DNA of 64,000 nucleotides from Tubiluchus corallicola (lineage: Eukaryota; Animalia; Priapulida). Below the pieces are notes generated by a model. The model had not been told where the DNA came from and ran no database searches. It saw only the letters and a list, made by a program, of their open reading frames with translations. How positions within the stretch are numbered: position 1 is the stretch's first letter; every line of letters begins with the position of its first letter. The stretch is from positions 248,001 through 312,000 of the forward strand of contig JAQGDQ010000003.1 of the NCBI GenBank assembly GCA_030141605.1. Reading direction: 5' to 3'. Of the stretch, positions 26,671-39,900 are shown in pieces. A program made the position numbers and the translations under genes.

Positions 26671-29600
26671 TTCTTTCTTGGTGTTAAAATTACACATCGA
26701 TGAACTGTAAACTACATTCAAAAATTGATAGTGTAATCAGTGTTTCCACTGCTGTGAGCAATAATGTTAAAAATGAATTTACAATTAAAAAATACAAGGA
26801 TATTTAATCATACATTATACATTAATTGGTTTGCTTACAGCCAAAATAAGATGTGATCAAGATTATTTTCTTCGCGACCATATACTATATACTATATACT
26901 GTACTATATATTGTGAATACTGTGAAATATAAAGGGGGCTAACTTGTTGATAAAACTATTTATAGAAAGTGATAAAATGTTAATGACAAAAGTTTTCGCT
27001 TAATTTATGTTTCCGTCAAGAAGTAAAAAAAATTACGCCTAATTTTCATTTCACAGCACAGTTTGCGAATTCTTGGCGAAAATAAATAGGCGAATAAAAA
27101 ATGATTAACTTTTGTGCAGATACAATAGTGGCACAGTGGATTCGAACCTGGAACCAATGCCTTAACAGTATATTTCACTGCCATACAAACAGTCACATTC
27201 AAACTCATTAAAATAAACGTCGCAGATGTTAAAATAGGTATTTCAAAATGGGCAAATTTTTATTACAGTTTAGGCACTTAAGGGTATTTTGTAATGGGCA
27301 GATTCTATTACATAACTAACACATTATTACATATTGAGCATTTTGTATCGCATAGTTAGTACATATTAGATAATTGGTCCTTGCATGACAAGTCACATTC
27401 ATAGTTGTTATGGAAATCGGTGAGCAATCCCTACGGGACACCCACTGAAAAACTGATGTTTGAAAAAATCCGCAAAAATTATTTAGAAGAGATAATCTCC
27501 AGTCCTCCGGATGATCATTCCCAGTCCTCGTGACAGGGGGACGCGCTTAGAGTAAAGATTTGTATCACGGAATCTTGTGTTTTTTCCTATTAAATAAAGC
27601 AGTTAACTTTGCACATTTCAACGAACAGATAAAACATACGAACAATCGAGCGAACAAGAAGACAGACGATGGAACAGATAAAAGCAAAGTGACAAAGGTA
27701 AAGCGAAACTTAGGGTGTGTACAATTAGCAGTACATAAAAGCTTGAGAAGTTTTGCGTCAAAATACAGGTGTACGTTTTGGTAGCTGCCTATACAAAATT
27801 CCTACCAAAATATTAGACAGTAGTGACACCTATAATCGGCTTTGACTTTCAGTTCGTTGAATGTGGCGGAAATCTACGGAGCGGATTAGATTATATTAAG
27901 ATATTCATTTTGGCAATAAAAGCCATACAAGAAATATATGTACTCAAGAAAGTGATAAAATTAAATTGTGCAGCAGTGAATCTAGAATTAAAATGTATAG
28001 AAGAGTGGTCAAAAACAGACTGGTAAACTTAGATCAAAAGCAGCAAAGTGTTAGCGCCTTAAAGTGTATTAAACATACATACACACACGTATACACACAC
28101 GCATATACCCTCATATACACACACAAATAGATACATTCACGCGCACTGAAAAGATTATTCCAGTCACAAAAAAATTAGAGCGACAGAATATGCTCACGCT
28201 ATACAAAAAGAGAAGTATATAGTAAGATTACCACAATCGTCGGGTACTACAAACACATTCAAGATTAAACAAGTTGCGCATGCCATTATTATAAACAATC
28301 TGTTGAAAAAACTGATATTAAAATCGCACCACAGAGCTGAACAATAAAAAAATTAGAGCAGCAACTTTTAAAGGGGAACAGGACCCAATTTCAAGCTATA
28401 ACTAAAAATGTATAAAATATTGAAATAGAGCATAATTGTTTTTTTAAGAATGAGTTACGTGAAAGACGTTGAATTTCATTTTCGCGCCCAGGTATGTGCA
28501 TTTCCCCGTTTAAGACGGATACTGCGGCTGCACTCGGAAATGCTTTGCACAAAAGCAGGCGCTGTCATACCTCTCAGTTCAGTTGTGATGTAGTGCAATT
28601 GTTCGAGAGATCAGACGTTAGCACAGCGATAAATTTGAAACTTGAACTTTTAAACATAAATTAGCCCAGTTTTTGTTTATCCACACCGAATGCCGTACAG
28701 TATCACTGTACTTCAATTTTCGCTTTCCCAAACACGTGCAATACGCTCGAAAATGTTTGTGCTGTTGAAATTATGTTCACTCGTGATGCCATCACTAGCT
28801 GGGCTCACCGGCTAAGCAAATTCTGAAGTTCTTAAGCAAATTGTCAGAAGCCATTCCGCATTATTAAAGGAGTGAAAGTCAGGTACTTTTTATCTTACTA
28901 ACTTCAACATGGGGTAGGATATGAAAGATCACCTTGTTTTTCTTTAAGCAAATTCAATTTCAACAGAAGCATACTGAACATACAGATTTACGAACATGGC
29001 AGTGTACAAAATAATCTAGTCTAATTCTCAATATCTCGTTATCTTTCATATTGTTACAGTAATGTGACGGTTGTGATTCAGCTACTTCTCAGGAAAGTTC
29101 ATGTCAAGGGAAGCATGTGATCATTCACATAATCATGTCTTGGTACCTGTGGGTCGATTATATGTTTTTGTATTACTGCACCGTCAATTTTCTAAATGTG
29201 ACAAGAAATTATATATAAAAATTTATTATGTTTATAGATAAATGTTCTTTCTCTAAATTTCTTATACCTCTCACCCAGACCGTTATCAGTGTTTTTTCCG
29301 AATAAATGTCTTATTAACCACTTAAGACAAATGTTCACCGTAATATTAATGTGAACGCCATTATCAATTACACTATGTAATTCAGGTATGCGGTTATGAT
29401 TTATTTTTATTCTTGTGAATATTGGGTAGATTTGATTAGGTGATTCAGGATCAAGCATCGTTCTCATAACCGAAAAACGGGGTAAGCCGTGGATAATCGC
29501 AGGTTCTAAATTTATTACAAAAATTAATCTAATTATTGAATTATTACTCTAGTGTGAGCTGTTAGAACGACTGAAAATGTACCACAGGGATCTAGTAAAG

Positions 29601-29617
29601 AGTTCACTTAAAGTTCA
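29601..29617 (+). promoter_or_regulatory. Perfect DR5 retinoic-acid-response-element candidate, ~7.2 kb upstream of CYP26
   Basis: AGTTCA cttaa AGTTCA matches the consensus RGKTCA-N5-RGKTCA. Confidence 0.5.
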
Positions 29618-30904
29618 GTAATCAAAGTTACCGCGATTTGATTAGATCGAGGCAACGGAACTACACGTACATAAACACGGTGGGCGTGGAACAGTGAGTT
29701 TCTTTGCCTAAAACGCAGTTAAACATGCAAATTGAATAGACTTGTTTGCATAAACGTTACCTGTGATTGCTAATCCAGGTTCAGACGTATTTAAATGCGT
29801 GATAAACTTTAAAATTTCATGTTTGCATTGATGGTGCGTGTAGGGCTGTCTGAACTTGTGTTTATTTTGTCTGGATTTCTTTCCGTAACTTATTACAAAG
29901 TTCAAGTTTACGTAAGAATGTAAAACCGAAAATTACCAAGTTCAAGGCGCATTAAAGTATTTTATATATTTTTTCGCATCGACGGTAGTTTTACGTATAA
30001 AGGCAAACCGATTCAATCAATATAAATAACGTTGTTCAAAATTTTGGGTGCAGTATGTCTATCAACTGGAAGTGTCTGACTTTGAGAGGTGCTTCAAGGT
30101 CAAACATCAGTCACATCTTAAGACCGTCAGAAAATAGGGAACTAATCACCCACTGATTACTATTAGCTATAAATTAATTACAAACAATGACCCAAATCAA
30201 GACCTGAAATGATCGCAAGAGGCTGTGCGGTTCATTGGTCGTGGTGGCGGACTATGGCAATGATCGTGGTAATCCAAAGGTGCCTGGTTCAAATCCAGGC
30301 TGTTTCTTTGTCATATTTCTTTCATTTTAGTCAAACTTGGTTTCAAGAATTCCCATATTTCCGATTAATGGCAAACAATCTTGAAACTAAGATCGAGTTT
30401 AAAACGTGGTAACGATGTTATAAAAATAAAAAAATGTTTTAATTTTTTATGTTGTAATAATATGTGAGTTATGATGTTCTTAGTACAATTGTATTAGTAT
30501 TAGTTCTCGTCTTAAAATATTCAGCAAATTGTAAATTCCCTGACTCGTTAACTGTTTGCGATGTAATTTGAATCAAATTGTGTGTATAGAACTCATTTCT
30601 AAATTTTAGAAGAAGCAACTAACATTAATTTTTAGATTACTAACCTGACGCATTTCCGTTCAACAGTATATGTTTTTCTACTAACACTGATGGATGGCTT
30701 TTGTAATATTTTTATCAAATGTTACGACGTCTATTTTATAGCAAATAAAGATTAATATATATAATTGTCCACAGGGGTGATTTGAATAGAGTATTGAATT
30801 TAATAGACTTCTACTTCTTGAAGTAGAAGGCACTACTTGGTCTTGAAGCAAATGCAGGAAATTAAAGCCAATAGATCTTCTCAAAAAGTTTCCACGCATT
30901 TGAG

Positions 30905-31056
30905 AAATTCCGAATCCAAGTAAAAAGCTATAGGTAAAAAAGTCACAAAAAATCACAAGGAAAAGGCATAGGAAGAAATAAATAACTCTAACCTTAGCCC
31001 TAACGAAAATTAATTGTGACTTTTTTCCTGTGATTTTATTACCGGTCACCGAAATT
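30905..31056. mobile_element. Small hairpin MITE
   Basis: ggtaaaaaagtcacaaaaaatcacaa pairs with ttgtgacttttttcctgtgattttattacc around a taaccttagccctaac core. Confidence 0.55.
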
Positions 31057-32006
31057 TTATAGCGAAGAAAAGCCACAATGTGACAATTACAACTCTTTTT
31101 TTCGCGAGTACCGTCATAAACCACGAAAGTCTACAGTCGTAAGGTAAAGGAACACTAAGTTTTCTGTTAGTTTAATAATAGGTGACACCAGTGACGAAAA
31201 AAATCGTGTTCAGCAGTTAAAGAACTGAAACCAAGAGTCAGCTTTAGCAACGTGAATTTGAAAATGAATGAACGCACGATCAGTTTGCTCGCTTTTACAA
31301 CTTATTTACATCCTGAGGATCTACCGAAATATGTCTTATCCTAGGATACATATATTACTTAAGAAAATATCACATGACATAACCTGATGATTCATTATTG
31401 TAATAATAACACAGTATATATGCAATATTATAATATACATGATACAAATGGTTGTTTGTATTATAGATGAGAGGTACCCTATGGCTCGTGGGGTTATAAT
31501 GCACTAAATAGTAAAGCAAGTTAGGATGTGCGAAAAAGGTTAAGCTAAAAAGTGGAAAATATAAAAGCAATATCTGTTTCAATGGGTGATAAAACTTCTA
31601 CTTGATTTAATGCCCGAATATATTGATAACTTTTGCTATAGGAACAACACACTGGTATTCTTTTTCTGAAAATAATTAATAAACAATATATTATTGATAT
31701 TGATTAGTAATCAATAAGCAGCCGGCTTCCATATCTCCGCAAATTTCTAGAGGCTTAAACAGCGACCAATAGATGAGCAAAAATTGAGTGAGTAATTACA
31801 AAAAAAAATCCAGTAACGGTGTTTGTCTTCTGTGTAATCGCAACTGCACTGTAAAAACTGTCAAAAATAAACCAAATCACCGAAAAAACGTAAACTCCCC
31901 TAGTTTTTAAAGACCAAGTAAACTGCATCTCCTCCTCTTACTGGCTGAAACTGGTAAATACAGAAGCAAAGTCTAAAATGTGAAGCAATTCATCGTGTGC
32001 CTGTTA

Positions 32007-32060
32007 TGACGTCACACACAAGGTGCTAAGGTTACAGTTCCACAAGTCAGCTATGGGTCA
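32007..32060 (+). promoter_or_regulatory. Candidate enhancer: CRE plus a chain of nuclear-receptor half-sites ending in an imperfect DR5
   Basis: TGACGTCA (32007-32014), then AGGTGC-2-AGGTTA-1-AGTTCC-2-AAGTCA-5-GGGTCA. Confidence 0.35.
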
Positions 32061-33040
32061 CGCTGTAGCTGGAACAGTATTACGTAATGTCAATGTTCGT
32101 CTGCTAGGTCCACAATCCAAGATAATTCAAGTAAAGTATAGAGTTTAAAAGTTCGTCGAATATAATGATAAAGGTTAAACAAACCTGCCCCGTCGTTCAC
32201 CTCGTAGGCCTGCTGTCGTCATTATGACATGTCGTAATAACCTGGGTCTATGGATTCACTGCATTCACGGTACAACGAGCAAATTATGTAAACACTCCTA
32301 GTACTAGGTTATTAATGAGTCATCGTGTTAGATGTATGCAGGGTTACGTTGCCACATCATATGAAAACAAACGTTATATTACGTCAAACTTGAAATACAT
32401 ATACATAAGTCTCGACTGGCATTTACACTTTCACATGACGATAACATTTTCTCCTCTTCTTGCTTTTTTCAATGATGAATTCGAGGAATTGATCTAACTT
32501 GACGGATATCATAATAATTTTCTAACAAGTTTGGTCTGAGTAATCTCCGGCTACAAATAGCTAAAGATCGAAATGTCATGGCTACATACAAACAGTAGAC
32601 TAATGGCAAATTAACAGCCTATGTATAAAAACGAGTGGAGAATAATTTGTACCAACATGTGATTTTTCTTTCATTTTCCTTTTATTTATAACTTTATCAT
32701 TATGCTTCATAAATTGTTTCTTGGCTATAATTCCATTTATTCACGAATCTGTTCGGCAGGCAGACTATTGCATTAATGTTTGTATTTTTTGCTTACTGTT
32801 CCATTTTCTACTGCACGTCTCTATTAATTTAATTTTTGCGATACCCTAATTATAAGCAGCTACAAAAATGTAACAACAAGAGAAAACCAGTCTCAAAAAC
32901 TGAAAAAAATGCAGGAGTACACAATGACATTTAAAAAACGAGAGACAAGATAACTACAATATAATTAAAAATCGCTCAAAACAATTCTCATTATATCCCC
33001 ATGATATGGTAAACCGAAAAGAGAATTTACTTTCTTTGCA

Positions 33041-33101
33041 TGGCCCTGACCGAGGAAAAAGTCAAGGCCCGCTGACCTAGGGTCATTGTTACTGAGGTCA
33101 A
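33041..33101 (+). promoter_or_regulatory. Candidate enhancer: dense nuclear-receptor half-site cluster
   Basis: TGGCCC TGACCG, AAGTCA AGGCCC, TGACCT-a-GGGTCA and AGGTCA within 61 bp; three are perfect RGGTCA half-sites. Confidence 0.4.
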
Positions 33102-34284
33102 TTACCTTTGCACTGACGCTTAAATTTCACTCGCGCCAGTAAATATAATTGTTATAAAAAACTGAATTAATTAGAAAAAGGTGCAACATTACGATTGAAA
33201 AAGTATGGTGTAAGTTAAAATAGCAACAGCAGCATCTTATGCTGTATTTTGTATAAGCTTTGTACCAACAACTAATCCGGATACTAGTGAATTCTCTTGG
33301 AAAGACTCAGAACCCAAATTTGGGAAGCACAAACAAAGGCCGAACGCATCTACTTCTTGCTGTGGTTACTAAGTTTGCTACCCGGAGACAAGCAAAAGCA
33401 CCTGAAGTCATTGTTGGCCCAGCCCTAATTTCTGCCGAAATAAGCTCTCTCTGTGACAAACAACTTTTGCCCGCAGGACATCGGTCTGCTACAAGTAAAC
33501 ACATGTACTCGGTTGACAAGTGAGGACCTTGCTGGTGTGAGACATCACACGAGTTCCAGATGTTTCTGAGAAGTACACGTTTTGGCCACGTGCTCGCCGT
33601 CATTTGCCTTTTCACAGAACAGCAAAAAAAGAAAACGTTTTAAAAAGAGCAATAGCATGTATCTAGTAACATTAGCTGTAAGAATAAGAACGATTGTAAA
33701 GAGGTAATTAAAATAAAGAATGATAAGTCGCGCGTAAGCAAGTGGTTGCATGAATTCGTAAAACTGACTTGTGTAAAATATAAGGCAATGTAACAAGCAA
33801 CACGTACGCCAGCCAAATGTGCAATAATTATAAAAATGCCCGGCTTTTTTCCTAGGAAAACCCCAGGCTCGCTCGAGAAAATAAGGTTTTGCTACCAAAA
33901 CTACGGTTTTCTGTGCGAAACTATGGGTTTAATTCATTTCAATTCAATTCACATTTTTACTTCAGACTTAAAATCCATATAAAACATACATATAAACTAA
34001 ATAAAATATATATGTGAGGCATTAAGACTACACAGTAAAACATTGGACTAAAATTACTGAAATTACAATAAAACAGAGCACATAACAACAAATACACAAG
34101 ATACAAGAGGACACGCTATTAACATAATTAAGTACAAAAGACAATGCACATGAAATTAATTCACCAAAAATTACTGTTTACTATAATAAAAACACATTGC
34201 AACGTCTTAGTAAATTATGTCACTTATAAATGTGATTTATAAAACCTGTCACTCATTTTTAATATTACAAACAATAAAATTATG

Positions 34285-34615
34285 TAATAACAATAACAAT
34301 AATTTATTATTTATACAGCGCATCACATCGGAGATCTCGATGCGCTTTACAATTTGCAAATACATACAGTCATTACAAAATTTTAAATCATTAAAATCAT
34401 TCTTAAAATCACAAAATTATATAAGTTGTAAACAGTGTTAAGCTTAACAGATTTAAAAAGTCATCATAAAATTGAATAATGTGCACATAAAACTATAATT
34501 CAAAATGCTGCCTAAAAAGGTGTGCTTTTAAGTGTTTTTTAAAAGTTTATAATGTTGGTATATTTTGAATGTCTGACAATAAACGGTGCTGGATACTATA
34601 TGCTGCCGTTCTTTG
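34285..34615 (-). mobile_element. L2/CR1-type LINE 3' end fragment
   Basis: The minus strand encodes LSDIQNIPTL*TFKKHLKAHLFRQHF (the FKxxLKTHLF ORF2 terminus) followed by a tgtaaagcgcatcgag...gatgcgctgtataaaataa stem-loop tail. Confidence 0.65.
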
Positions 34616-36651
34616 TACATGTATAAATTGCGGGAGTCTATAGAGGTACACACACCAAATTAATAAATGATTTTTTACGAAGCTCATTAGTGCATTACTA
34701 AAAAAAGTTTGTAATGGATCCGAGACATATTTAATCAACTTAAATTTAACTTACATTTGTTGTCACTTCGTGCATTTCTTAAGAACCAATAAGATTGTTA
34801 ACTCAATAAGCTCAATAATAAAAAACTCAGCTTGCCGAGACCGACTGCATGCATTCTCGAAAAACGAAGGTAGGCATTTTGTCTGTTACGAATACATGTA
34901 TGTATACGTGTATTTGCTGTTGCATTCAAAGGTCGCTTTAAAACTTTGTATTAATTGCAACGTATAACTGCAACTAAATTATAAATAAGCATAAACATTA
35001 AGAAATAAACTCGTTGCTGAGCATACAAACTTTTCCTTAAGAATTTAAGAAATAATCGCATCAATTCAGCGTAGGAAATTAATACACCCGTACCAAATGC
35101 TAATTTGCTAATGTGATCTCGTTTTCTATACGTTAGCTGGTCTGAAATCCGCAAATTTGTATTCCCGCAAGGCTTGGAGTTCATAATAGCCCCAAATGAA
35201 AAACTAAAAGATTAAGTATCTGAAAGAAAACTATGGTAATTTTAAGCAGCTTTCAATCTGCTATTCATCAATGAAAGAGTTAATTAATTTTAATCGGCGA
35301 CCGAAGTCTGATGTGGATTCCTGGGAATACTAATTAAATTTATTTATTCACCTTTTTCTGATAGTAGCAAGCTCGTTTTTCATTCCTGGCGTCTTGATTT
35401 AATTTGTTAAAAACAAGGCATGTAGAATGAAAGCGCGTGCGCAACTGCTTCCGGTAGTGGAGGGTTAAAAAACTGGAACTCAAAACGCCCAGGGCTCGTC
35501 AATATTGCTCTTTTTACTGTTACCACTTCTTATCAAGTCAAACAGCGATCAGCAAGGAGCTAACTGGCTTATAGAAATCGTTGCCTGTTCAGTTTTTCTT
35601 ACAATTTGCAAAAATTATCTCCTATATATTTAATTGAAAAGCCCAATTTTTATCTAAACACGATTACAAAAAAAGTATTTTGTATTATGTAGATTTCGTA
35701 TATTTTCGGCTTCATAATTATAATGGTGTCTTGGTGCTAAAGCGATTGGTCTTTTTATGGAAAACATATGAAATTTTACGTAATGCTGGACTTACTAACA
35801 ACTTAATATTTAAATCAAGGCATACTTATTATAGCTATAACGTAATGAGTAATTATCTTAAAAATAAGTTCGTGGGTGGGGCTTGTCTTGATACTGAACA
35901 ACAAAGCTAACACGAACGCTTCAAGGATTTTATTACAACGTTTCGCCAGTGACTCCTACTATCCTCGGATTTTGTTTTTCTTTTACGTGCTAGGAGCAAG
36001 TGCAAGAAAATTTTTTAGAATTTAAGCGTTCTTAGACGTTTTTGATTTTTTCAATTCGCGTTAAATATTTGCGTTCTATGAAACTGTTTTAACCACGCTC
36101 ATTTTATAAGACACCATAATGAATTCGCATCTTTGGCGGCAAGAACTTTTCGTGAATTGAATTCTGGTTCTACAAATTATGAGAAGAGACTCCATGGCCA
36201 TTACACGGCCATGCACACATGTACTGCTTGCAGAAAATACCAGGCGAGTCGTTTTATCATGAAACCTTATTCTTGAATTGACATTTTTATGAAATGTACG
36301 CAATCCTGTGTTACTTAGAAATTTTTGAATTGGGGCGCACCCGTACACTTTCATTGATAATATGATTTATGGCGTTGGTGTGCTCTTTATTATTTTTTGC
36401 CTGTGATGCGTTATCAGTTCCTATAACTGCTCAAAGCAAATTTAACTTTCGAAGTAAACATTAGAAAAAACCTCCTCAAAGCCGTTCTGTGTCGGTTGGT
36501 ACAAATGCCCTCTTGGTGACACTCATCTTTAGTATTGAACCCAAGCAGACAGCTAGCAGACAATCTACTGAGGTCAACCTGCAGGAAAAGCCAGAAGGTC
36601 TTTCTAAATTTGTCATGGCTGAGCCTGGCGATGTTGTACTGCTGTTTTGCG

Positions 36652-36737
36652 TGAACGGAGACTGACCCGTGAGCGTTCCATATACCTTATCCAATCAGCA
36701 GTGTCCGTTGAAGCGAGAAGACGTCAACCTATATAAG
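36652..36737 (+). promoter_or_regulatory. CYP26 proximal promoter: reverse DR5, CCAAT box, CRE-like site and TATA box
   Basis: TGAACG-gagac-TGACCC (36652-36668; reverse complement GGGTCA-N5-CGTTCA), CCAAT 36691-36695, GACGTCA 36720-36726, TATATAAG 36730-36737, ATG at 36801. Confidence 0.6.
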
Positions 36738-36800
36738 TGCACCTTTTCGACGGAAGGACACCCTATCTTGAGGAGAAGAGAAAGGGATTCTTTCATAATC

Positions 36801-36983
36801 ATGATTTATGAGATATTTTGTCTAATTTGCTCCGCAGCAATACCACTATTACTCGGAGTCAGCGTTTTCAAGTTATGGAACGTGTACGTATGCGCTACCG
36901 CAGATAAGAAGTGCGGTTTGCCGCTGCCGCCCGGCACCGTCGGCTTACCATACATTGGAGAAACAGGGCACTTTGCAATCTGG
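36801..36983 (+). CDS. CYP26: CYP26 exon 1
   Basis: MIYEIF...PPGTVGLPYIGETGHFAIW, donor GTATGT at 36984. Confidence 0.9.
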
Positions 36984-39900
36984 GTATGTAATTATTTCAG
37001 CAACTTATTCATGTTGTACACAATGGCGTGTATGCCTAATGCAAATGAAAAATTAATTTTAAAGTAACCTCTATTTAAATATTTTCATAAATAAATGAGG
37101 TTTATGCGTCTAATTACAAACAATTTACATGAAACGCTGTAATTAGCTGTCAAATTCATTAACTAGTTAGTTACGGCAATTACATTGCCATGATTTACAA
37201 TCTTATGTAATTGGATTATTTAATAAACAAAGGTTTTCTAGTGTTCCAGCAACTGGCTCGCCAATCTATTTTGTTAAATTGCTAAGCTAATATTTTTATT
37301 AATTTGACAATTTTAACATCTAAATCGATTATTTTAATTAAATTACTAGGCAAATATTTTTTGTCACTGTAACATCTAGAACGGTTATTTTATTTTTTAT
37401 ATATAATTTTCTGTATTAATTTTAAATCCCTGAATGTGATGTGTGCATGTATGTTACTTAATGTTACGTTATTACGTTCCATGTAACATTATGTTCGCAA
37501 ACATTAAATTACAAAATGTATTTCGATTTTGAAGTTTTTTGTCAAACGGAAAATATAAGGTAGCTAATGTTCTCATTCAAAGTGACTTTTCAAAGTGAAA
37601 ATAATTTGCTTTAAAACAGTTAAAATTCACTACTACGTATTTTTTGTTTTGATTTATTTTGCAATGAAACAGGCGCATTACAGTTTTATGTTTTTTTTAA
37701 ATATTTAAGAACTCTTACATAACATGCATTAGGTGCCTGTTTGGCAATGTACAACTTTTCGTAATTGTGATGATATTACAAAGTTTGTTTAGGTGTTTTA
37801 TATCTCGCTACGTTTGTAGGCACAAAATACCGCGGAAGGCAAGACAGGATGTTTTTGTTTTTGTGTATTTATATATTTTTTGTACGTAGATTCGCCGCTT
37901 TCTTAGAATAGGAGCCTTAACGTTTTATAATTAACGTTTTATAACGCAAACCGACCAAAGTTTTATAATTTGCAATTTGTGTATCTCCAAAATAGGGTCT
38001 TATGCACGTGCGTACACCGAGAAGCCATCTTAACCAGTTATAACATTAATTATTGAAAGCTAAAAAATATGAAAAGTGTGTATGTATTACTACATACACG
38101 TATGTATACATTACGTATGTATGTATGTATGTATGTATGTATGTATGTATGTATGTATGTATGTATGTATGTATGTATGTATGTATGTATGTATGTATGT
38201 ATGTATGTATGTATGTATGCATGTATGTATGTATGTACACCTCTTTCTTTTAAGTTTTTTAGTTTTATAGTCATGGAAAGTTAGCTATTATTGTATTAAC
38301 AAACTAAAAAAATCGGACAGAAATGATCGACTCATATTGGTCAGCGACATGACGAATTAACTGAAGTTCAGTTGAATTAGTTGCCATGCTAACTGCCTCA
38401 CTGCTTGCCCACACAAGCATGTTCAAACTATGAACGACTTTATAAATTTGTTTTCTTTACGCAAAAAAACTTTTTGCCAAATTTGCCTGGTGAATACTTT
38501 ACATGTGCAAACAAGAAAAAAATTACTAATTGCGGAAACGGGAGGCATGCAGACTAAATAAATTTACTGCACACGGAAACCTGCTTAGATTTTGTCAATT
38601 TTAATTTAACAGTTTGAAGCGTGAGAGAACGGAAATGGCCTTGAAACAAAAAGCGTTCAGGAAAGATCAGTCTGACTCTGGTGGCAGCTGAACAAAAATA
38701 AACCAGACATAAGTATTTATAACAATTTTTATACATAAAACTAACATGATAATTAACTAACTGCCCAGAACTGGCTTACAATTGCGCGCATAGTGATCTA
38801 GTTTTTCGCAAATAAATGCATAATTCAGTATATCGGGCAGTGCAGAAAAAATATGCCGAAGTTTACTTTAGACGACAGTAATATAGGAAGTATGTGAACT
38901 TGAAATTTCACAGTATGATTTTGCATTATCTATTAGCTTTTGTCTCTGAAAGCTACCAATTTATAACTTTAGTGGTATTTACGTTATGACCGAAAAGCTT
39001 TTACATGTTAAAAAATGAAATGCCAAATAATATCAACTATTCATCACGAACAACCATGAAAAACAACCACGTTCAGCAACGTATAAATCGCTCAGTACAT
39101 GGAGCAAAACAATGAAGGAATCAAATAATTTACATCATGGTCATCACCAGAGAAAATAAAGCACTGATAAAGATTTATTGCCAAAAATGTGATTTGGATT
39201 ACGGTACCTGGAAATTCCTTAAAGAGAGTGTACAATAGCTGCAGAGAAATTAAAGGCAAAAATTGTTGAGTGCAGGTGCCAAAAATACACCTTAAAAAGC
39301 GAGAAACTGTGTCAGCTGTTGGAAGAAACGCCTTAGTCTACTTTGCAGCAAAAATGGTTGGACACATAGAGCGCTTGCTGCACATTTTAGCAATAGTGAC
39401 ACACAAAATTTTTCCGGCATTAAATTTCATTTTTTAGTTGTTGTTTTAAAACAAACTGCTTATCCTCTCAAAAAATCAAAGGGAAAAGGCCTAAAATTTT
39501 TGGTTTTTATACATAAGCGTCTGTAACACCAGTGTAGCAATTTTCGGCAGAGTTTTTTGCGCCACCTGATATAAAGCTTTCGTTTTTCGAAGCGTAAAGC
39601 TTTCATCTTACAAAAATGATTCAATGTTTATTATATTTTAGTAATTGACAATTTTATTCAACAACAATTACTTTTGTTGTATTATCTCAATTTACAAATG
39701 CTTACGATCCTCCATATATTTGTTTTTTTTGTTTTTAATTAACTAATAAAATAAGATAACCAGAACATGGTATTACGCGCTTGTAGCAAAACAAGAAGCC
39801 ACTGGTCTTTTACATGGCGTTTTCTACTTTTCTAGGGGGCAGATTTCTATCGTTCAAGGCGGAGGAAATATGGCAGTGTATTCAAGACACACATCTTAGG

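Noticed and set aside
30220-30302. tRNA gene (GGTTCAAATCC T-arm); similar fragments at ~4325, ~25400, ~27138 and ~50940
   Set aside because: No complete cloverleaf or acceptor stem could be built; more likely SINE or TE-derived heads.
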